Shown here piece after piece: positions 56,833 to 64,000 of a DNA stretch of 64,000 bases. The position numbers and the translations under genes are program-made. The notes under the pieces are model-generated. The model saw only the letters and a list, made by a program, of their open reading frames with translations. It searched no databases and was not told the DNA's origin. Location: assembly GCA_051531975.1 (NCBI GenBank), contig JAOPTT010000002.1, positions 281,968 through 345,967 of the forward strand, written 5' to 3'. The stretch is from Spirochaetaceae bacterium. GTDB lineage: Bacteria > Spirochaetota > Spirochaetia > DSM-2461. The first letter of the stretch is position 1, and each line of letters opens with the position of its first letter.

Positions 56833-57476
56833 AACATATTATTTTCGATGTAGATAAAACGATCTATCCAGAATCATGTGGTTTTGGAGATGAAATGGAT
56901 AGGTTAATTAGCGAATATACTTCATCATTCATCAATATTGATCTAGATAGTGCGAATAAGTTACGAAAAGGTTCTGTTAAGAATTATGGAACAACACTTA
57001 GATGGTTACAAAAAGAACATGGGTTAATTGATACAGACCACTATTTAGATTTTGTCCACCCAATAGATGTTGAAAACTACCTTCCTAATAAACAACAAAT
57101 CCATGATACTTTTCACGGTATGAATATACCAATGTCTATATTATCCAATGGTCCAATAGAAAATGTAGATAGAGTTTTACATTTTTACAACATTAAACAT
57201 CTTTTTAACCCAATAATTGATATAAAAATGAATAATCTTAAAGGAAAGCCCTATATCCAGGTCTATGAAAAAATTGTAAAACAGATTAACCTTCCAATAA
57301 ATCAGATTCTATTTGTTGACGATGTAGAAGATTATCTATTACCTTTTTATGATATGGGTGGTAACGTTTTACTAGTTAATGAAACATCGAAAACTACAAA
57401 AATGGGATTTGATCAGATAAAAACAATAACTGAGCTTAAGGAGTATTTACATGTCAATTATGGACCTACACGGTGA
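56817..57476 (+). CDS. HAD-superfamily hydrolase (pyrimidine 5'-nucleotidase/SDT1-like)
   Basis: IIFDVDKTIY, YGTTL, LSNG, KGKP, FVDD. Confidence 0.85.
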   Translation: MHNRIKHIIFDVDKTIYPESCGFGDEMDRLISEYTSSFINIDLDSANKLRKGSVKNYGTTLRWLQKEHGLIDTDHYLDFVHPIDVENYLPNKQQIHDTFHGMNIPMSILSNGPIENVDRVLHFYNIKHLFNPIIDIKMNNLKGKPYIQVYEKIVKQINLPINQILFVDDVEDYLLPFYDMGGNVLLVNETSKTTKMGFDQIKTITELKEYLHVNYGPTR

Positions 57477-58335
57477 TCTTGTTGCAAAATTAGTTGCAAA
57501 TGATACAGGAGATAATGAATTCAGACCAGATAACGTATTACAACAGGGAAATCCAAAAAATAGAGCGATAATTTCAAAACTTTTAGATGGACTATTATTA
57601 AAAGGTAGTAGAATAGATGGAGCAGAGAACATAGAAGAGTTATTTGAACTTTCTAAATCTGGTAAATCATGTCTATTTTTAATGGAGCACTACAGTAACT
57701 TCGACTACCCTCTTTTATATAAAATGATAGAAGATAATTTAAAGGCCAATGCTGAGGATATGTTTCCTATGGCCGGTATGAAATTAACAGAAACAGATGA
57801 CAAAGTTTCAGCTTTTTCTAATGCTTACACTAAAATTGTTATATACCCAAGTAAAGGTATAGAGAATGAAACAGATCCAGAAAAACAGAAAGAGATGAGA
57901 GCTTTTAGTGCTCCTTTTAACTTAGCTGCAATGAAGGCTCTAACCAAGAGTAAAAATAGTGGTAAAGTTGTACTTGTATTTCCTGCAGGAACAAGAGTAA
58001 GACCATGGAGTCCCGATTCTAGAAAGGGTGTTAGAGAGATGTTCTCTTATATAAAGACTTTTGACTATATCTGTTTTGTTGGTAAAAATGGGAATATTCT
58101 TCCTCCCCACGAGAGTGATGACATGGAAATGGATATGCCTACTAAAGATTTAGTAATATTAACTGCGGAAAAACCTATAAGAGGTAGAGCCTATGTTAAA
58201 TCTATTTTAGAAAATCTCCCGGAAGGTGAAGAGCAGAAACAATATGTTGTAAGCCAAGTTATGAATCATCTATTTGAGTTACATGATAAAGTAGAACCTA
58301 ACAGATTAAAAGAAAAAGAGTCTCTTAAGGTCTAA
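57451..58335 (+). CDS. Glycerolipid acyltransferase (PlsC/GPAT family)
   Basis: EHYSNFD (HxxxxD), VFPAGTR. Confidence 0.8.
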   Translation: MSIMDLHGDLVAKLVANDTGDNEFRPDNVLQQGNPKNRAIISKLLDGLLLKGSRIDGAENIEELFELSKSGKSCLFLMEHYSNFDYPLLYKMIEDNLKANAEDMFPMAGMKLTETDDKVSAFSNAYTKIVIYPSKGIENETDPEKQKEMRAFSAPFNLAAMKALTKSKNSGKVVLVFPAGTRVRPWSPDSRKGVREMFSYIKTFDYICFVGKNGNILPPHESDDMEMDMPTKDLVILTAEKPIRGRAYVKSILENLPEGEEQKQYVVSQVMNHLFELHDKVEPNRLKEKESLKV

Positions 58336-59236
58336 AACTTAGTTCCTGGAAGGCTATTTTATAGCCTTCTAGTTCTAAAAAGTGTATAAGCCATGAACTT
58401 TCACCCTGGCAATTAACAGTAAAATCTTTAAAATCCCCATCTTTAAATTGTGTTAAAACCCTGTTTAGTAACATTTTACCAATACCTAAACCTCTAAATT
58501 CAGGTTCAACATATAACTGTAATAGTTCCATTCCAGAGAATGAATCACATAATGTATAACCAGTAGCCCAAACAAAACCAGCATTATCCCCTAATGGAGT
58601 TTTAGCAACAGTTATAAAGTCAGCTTCAAACATTGTTAAATTAAGCATTTCATCTCTTTTTTTTAGATAGATCTCATCAATAACAACTTTAGGGTAGTGG
58701 GAATAGAGTTCATTGAATCCCTTCTTGTCAGAATCTAAAATATATTCCAGATCAATGCTGCATCCATCAGTTATATTAAAATCAAAATTTAGTAGATCTT
58801 GGTCATCTTCTAAATCATCTTGAGTAAGACTTTCTAGTCCCGCATACTCACGAATTTGATTATACCAATTAAGGACTTTTGATTTAATTTGCTCTTTTTT
58901 AAAGTTGTACCACATTTTTTGGATATCGGGACTACTTTTTAAGGTGTTTTTAAATTTCCTAAAAACACCATGACCTGAATTTAATACTATTACTAATTCA
59001 TCTTTTAAAATTAGGTTTTTTAAGCCGGAAACAAAATCATTCATTATTCTAAAACCTTCCACTGGTCCCCATTTTGGAAGTGGATATGTATTATTAGAAT
59101 CATAGTTATCAGGTGTTACTTCATCATCATATAAAATTTCACCAGAACTTATGACGACAAAAGCATCCTTATTTTGATTTTCCATATTATATAAAATTTC
59201 ATTTAATTTTGAGCTATCAAGTTTAAAAACGTCCAT
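58325..59236 (-). CDS. UPF0158-like domain fused to GNAT acetyltransferase
   Basis: N-terminal LP...EGFRIMNDFV...L..VL..G.GVFRKFKNTL...W; C-terminal LYVEPEFRGLGIGKMLL. Confidence 0.75.
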   Translation of the reverse strand: MDVFKLDSSKLNEILYNMENQNKDAFVVISSGEILYDDEVTPDNYDSNNTYPLPKWGPVEGFRIMNDFVSGLKNLILKDELVIVLNSGHGVFRKFKNTLKSSPDIQKMWYNFKKEQIKSKVLNWYNQIREYAGLESLTQDDLEDDQDLLNFDFNITDGCSIDLEYILDSDKKGFNELYSHYPKVVIDEIYLKKRDEMLNLTMFEADFITVAKTPLGDNAGFVWATGYTLCDSFSGMELLQLYVEPEFRGLGIGKMLLNRVLTQFKDGDFKDFTVNCQGESSWLIHFLELEGYKIAFQELSFRP

Positions 59237-60939
59237 TAATTATTACTCTCTCTTGATTTAATACTATTATATGTCTCTTCAATTTTATCTAAGTCCACCA
59301 GCCATTTTTCTCTATCTTTTCTAGTACAAAATTCAACTTTTCCATCTTCGATATATCTCTTTGATACTACAATTCTTAATGGTATTCCAAGAAGTTCGGC
59401 ATCTCTAAATTTTACACCCACAGATTCGTCACGATCGTCAAACAGAACAACTTTACCTAGCATTTCTATAACTCTATTTGTCAAGTCGTTCACTAAATCC
59501 GATTTACCGATAGAAATTAGAAAAACCTTAAAAGGAGCTAAAGCCCAGGGCCAAACTATACCTTTATCATCTCTATTTTTATCAACAACGGCTTGAATCA
59601 ATCGTCCCATACCTATTCCGTATGAGCCCATAAAAGGATGTTTTTGCCTGCCGAGATCATCCTGATAATTCAAGTTCATCCTTTTAGTATAATAATCATC
59701 TAATTTAAATATATTACCAACTTCTAAACATCTTGTTTCAATTAAAGGTTCTCCACACTGAAAACATAGATCATTAGCTTTTACATTTGTTATATCATGA
59801 ACTAATCCAGTACTAAAATCCACACCAAAGTTTACATTTACAAAAGAGTGACCCTCTTCATTTGCCCCAAAGACTAAGTTTGGAGTATTTGCTATAGAAT
59901 CATCAATTATTATTTCTATATCTAGATCACTTGATAAGTTTACTGGGGAGAAATAACCAGAGACAAGTCCAACCTCTTCAACTTCCTCTTTTGTTGCTTT
60001 TCTTGTTATGTTATCACCAAGTATTTCTGAGAGCTTATGCAAAGAAACTCCATAATCGGCTCTAACAACTGCCATTACCAAACCTTTTTGCTTCTTAAAA
60101 ATAACACACTTAGCAAGTTTCCTTTTGGGGAGATCAAAAAACTCAGCTAATTTTTCCATATTAATGGCACCTGGAGTTGCGATCTTACTCATAAAAAGTA
60201 TGTCATCTTGATAATATTCTTTTACTCCAACGGCAATTTTCTTTTTGGCACTATACTCACAATTAGGACAAGTAATAACTAAATCTTTACCATGTTCCGA
60301 TGGTGTTAAGAATTCGTATGCTTTAGAACCACCCATGAAACCTACAGCTGATTCAGCTGAAATAACATCTAGATTACATGTCTTAAAAATATGCATATAT
60401 GCCGCATGCATCTGAGGGAAAAAGTTATTTAAGTCAGAATAGGATCGGTGAAATGAGTACCCATCATTCATTATAAACTCTTTACTTCTTAAAAGTGATG
60501 CCCTAGGTCTCTCTTCATCTCTAAATTTAGTCTGAAACTGATATAAAAAAAATGGCAGATCTTTGTATGAATTAAAAGCAGTTCGTGCTAACTCTACAAA
60601 TGCCTCTTCGTGGGTAGGGGACAGAACATAATTTTTCCCAGTTCTGTCTTTAAATCTTAGCATCTCACGATCGATAAGATCAGCTCGGCCACTAGTTTCC
60701 CATAAATCAGCAGGATTTACTAAAGGGACTAATACTTCCTCTCCACCTAGAGTATTCAATTCTAGCCTAATAACTTTCTTTAATTTATTGTAAACACGCA
60801 TTCCTAAAGGTAAGAATGAATATAAACCTTTCCCTAAAGTTCTAAAATAACCACCTTGAACAAGTAAGGCCCAGGCTTTGTCTTTTTTCTTAGAAGAGGG
60901 GAATTTATAACTTTTTCCGAACAACATGGAGTATCTCAT
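59236..60939 (-). CDS. proS: Proline--tRNA ligase-like protein (bacterial type with editing insertion; divergent)
   Basis: LPLG, LWETSGR, LSPTHEE, SYKDLP..YQFQTKFRDEERPR, DGYSFH, EVGNIFKL, MGSYGIGMGR, DDRDES.GVKF.DAELLGIP. Confidence 0.85.
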   Translation of the reverse strand: MRYSMLFGKSYKFPSSKKKDKAWALLVQGGYFRTLGKGLYSFLPLGMRVYNKLKKVIRLELNTLGGEEVLVPLVNPADLWETSGRADLIDREMLRFKDRTGKNYVLSPTHEEAFVELARTAFNSYKDLPFFLYQFQTKFRDEERPRASLLRSKEFIMNDGYSFHRSYSDLNNFFPQMHAAYMHIFKTCNLDVISAESAVGFMGGSKAYEFLTPSEHGKDLVITCPNCEYSAKKKIAVGVKEYYQDDILFMSKIATPGAINMEKLAEFFDLPKRKLAKCVIFKKQKGLVMAVVRADYGVSLHKLSEILGDNITRKATKEEVEEVGLVSGYFSPVNLSSDLDIEIIIDDSIANTPNLVFGANEEGHSFVNVNFGVDFSTGLVHDITNVKANDLCFQCGEPLIETRCLEVGNIFKLDDYYTKRMNLNYQDDLGRQKHPFMGSYGIGMGRLIQAVVDKNRDDKGIVWPWALAPFKVFLISIGKSDLVNDLTNRVIEMLGKVVLFDDRDESVGVKFRDAELLGIPLRIVVSKRYIEDGKVEFCTRKDREKWLVDLDKIEETYNSIKSRESNN

Positions 60940-60945
60940 GCCATA

Positions 60946-60974
60946 ATTCTAATTGTTCTTAGTGGTTCTGGCAA
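60946..60974 (-). promoter_or_regulatory. proS promoter abutting start codon (leaderless candidate)
   Basis: Minus strand TTGCCA-17bp-TAGAAT, 6 nt before ATG 60939, no SD. Confidence 0.65.
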
Positions 60975-61084
60975 GAATAGTTATTATATTATCTATTTAA
61001 TTAACATTTAACTTGACCTTTACCTCTATTTTAATCATATTTTATAGTAATAATATTATAAATAATTTTTTAGGAGAAATATAA

Positions 61085-62380
<1,296 letters not shown>

Positions 62381-62414
62381 TAATTAGTATAGATTACTGT
62401 ACTTTTAATTAACC

Positions 62415-62447
62415 AAGGGCTACTATTTAATTATAGTAGCCTTTTCT
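62415..62447 (+). terminator. Rho-independent terminator after eno
   Basis: aagggctactat / atagtagccttt stem followed by T-rich tail. Confidence 0.75.
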
Positions 62448-62466
62448 ATTTATAAGGAGTAAATAA

Positions 62467-63906
62467 ATGTATAGATCTATTAGAGTTAGAGCTTCAATTT
62501 TAATCTGTACAATTATTGGTTCATCATTTCTATTTTTAGGTATTTATAATTACAATATTAGCAAAACATCTATTCATAACCAGATTGTAAACTCGTCTAT
62601 TCCCCTACTTCGAGAAAATATATATTCTGAAATAGAGAAAAGTTTTGTCCCAGCATTAGGTGTTAGTGCAGTTATGGCTCAAGATTCGTTTTTGATAAAC
62701 TGGGTAATTAATAATGAAAACGAATTAGGTCAAATAACACAGTACCTAAATAAGTTGAAAAATGAATTCGGCTATACTACAGCTTTTTTTATATCTGAAA
62801 GAACTGGGAAATACTATTATTACAATGGTATTTTAAAAGTTTTAGACCGGAAAAATGACCATGATAAATGGTATTATACTTTTATAGAATCCGGGTTGGA
62901 TTATGATTTAGATGTTGATTTTGATGAAGCTGATAATAACAGATTAACTATATTTATAAATAACAGAGTAAAGGATTTTGATGGGAAGCTTTTAGGTGTT
63001 GCCGGAATAGGAATAACTATGGAAAATTTCTCAGAGTTTCTTTCGAAGCAACAAGAGGATTATAACAGAACAATTTATTTAGTTGACCAAAATGGAGTAG
63101 TTCAAGCCCACTCAGATATTAAATTTGTAGAAAATGAAAATATAAATTCAAAAGAGGGTATAAAATCTATTTCTAAGAAACTTATAGATAATACAGAGCC
63201 TACTATTGAAAATTATAAATTAAATGGGCAAAGCATATTAGTAAGCTCTAAATATATAGATGATGTTAATTGGTACTTAATAGTAGAGCAAAATGAAACA
63301 GTGGCATTAAAAGGTGCTTTTAATACACTTATTCGAACTTTAATAGTAGGAATACTGTTATTAACAGTTATTTTATTAGTGATACTTCAAGTCCTTAATT
63401 ACTTTTCAAAAAAACTAGAAGTCCTTGCGGCAACTGATCCTTTAACAAGTTGTTATAATAGAAGAGAATTTGATACACAATTAAATAAAGTCCTTATTAT
63501 GAAAAAAAGAAATGCTGCTCCTGTATCTATTATAATGATAGATATAGATAATTTTAAGATGATAAATGATGCCAATGGACATCAGTTTGGAGATTTTGTA
63601 TTGACAGAGCTTACATCTTTAATCAAACAAATAAAGAGACCAAATGATATATTATGCCGCCTGGGTGGTGACGAGTTTGCCATACTTCTTGAAAGCAACT
63701 TATATGAGACTAAAATGCTTGCTAACAGAATAAGAACAGATCTATCAAATAAGATAATACAAACTAAAAAAAACAAGGAATATAGGGTTACTCTAAGCAT
63801 GGGAGTATACGAAGCTGGGGTAGATGACACTATGGAAGTTGTTATTAACAATAGTGATAAAGCACTTTATCGTGCTAAAGAGTCAGGAAGAGATTGTATT
63901 AAATAA
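62467..63906 (+). CDS. Membrane diguanylate cyclase with periplasmic Cache domain
   Basis: Two TM, DHDKWYY Cache motif, DPLTSCYNRR, DIDNFKMIND, RPND I-site, GGDEF intact. Confidence 0.92.
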   Translation: MYRSIRVRASILICTIIGSSFLFLGIYNYNISKTSIHNQIVNSSIPLLRENIYSEIEKSFVPALGVSAVMAQDSFLINWVINNENELGQITQYLNKLKNEFGYTTAFFISERTGKYYYYNGILKVLDRKNDHDKWYYTFIESGLDYDLDVDFDEADNNRLTIFINNRVKDFDGKLLGVAGIGITMENFSEFLSKQQEDYNRTIYLVDQNGVVQAHSDIKFVENENINSKEGIKSISKKLIDNTEPTIENYKLNGQSILVSSKYIDDVNWYLIVEQNETVALKGAFNTLIRTLIVGILLLTVILLVILQVLNYFSKKLEVLAATDPLTSCYNRREFDTQLNKVLIMKKRNAAPVSIIMIDIDNFKMINDANGHQFGDFVLTELTSLIKQIKRPNDILCRLGGDEFAILLESNLYETKMLANRIRTDLSNKIIQTKKNKEYRVTLSMGVYEAGVDDTMEVVINNSDKALYRAKESGRDCIK

Positions 63907-63999
63907 TTAACCTTCATATGGAATTTTTGCTGCCCTCTGAGTTAAAAATAGACCAGTAACTACTATAAAAATACCTATAACCTCTCTGATAGAAAAACT
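63907..63999 (-). CDS. C-terminal fragment of membrane protein, possibly DMT/EamA transporter (partial)
   Basis: Reads SFSIREVIGIFIVVTGLFLTQRAAKIPYEG*, like the last TM of EamA transporters. Confidence 0.55.
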   Translation of the reverse strand, partial: SFSIREVIGIFIVVTGLFLTQRAAKIPYEG

Positions 64000-64000
64000 T

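Overview
AT-rich chromosomal segment (about 30% GC by eye), gene-dense and with no rRNA, tRNA, CRISPR array, IS element or prophage that I can recognise. Gene content points to a free-living spirochaete (Spirochaetaceae-like; inference): an FlcA-like flagellar collar protein, an Msp-like outer sheath protein, a LysM lipoprotein and a short SSB paralog. Positions 1-14 kb form a carbohydrate-catabolism block: sugar ABC permease and binding protein, membrane-anchored AraC, MerR, sulfatase, IclR, AraC, GH3 glycosidase and lacI-galK-galT. Positions 14-64 kb are mostly housekeeping genes: lrp, large GDH, rqcH-like NFACT, murD, dus, a PHP-type histidinol phosphatase, aroK/aroC, hflX, a sugar ABC ATPase, hom, glgP, ssb, ilvE, a proS-like gene, eno and two c-di-GMP enzymes. 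The most notable signals are: (1) about ten genes whose sigma70-type -10 box lies 5-7 nt before an SD-less ATG, suggesting widespread leaderless mRNAs; (2) an exact 19-bp copy of the putative LacI operator inside the lacI gene, 241 bp from the promoter operator; (3) a 954-aa glutamate dehydrogenase with a chimeric-looking architecture; (4) a divergent ProRS-like gene coupled to a UPF0158-GNAT gene; (5) an NFACT, degenerate MEMO1, pseudokinase and murD operon; (6) a perfect TTGACAGCTGTCAA palindrome over the promoter of the Msp-like gene. All family assignments come from motif recognition by eye, not from database searches.
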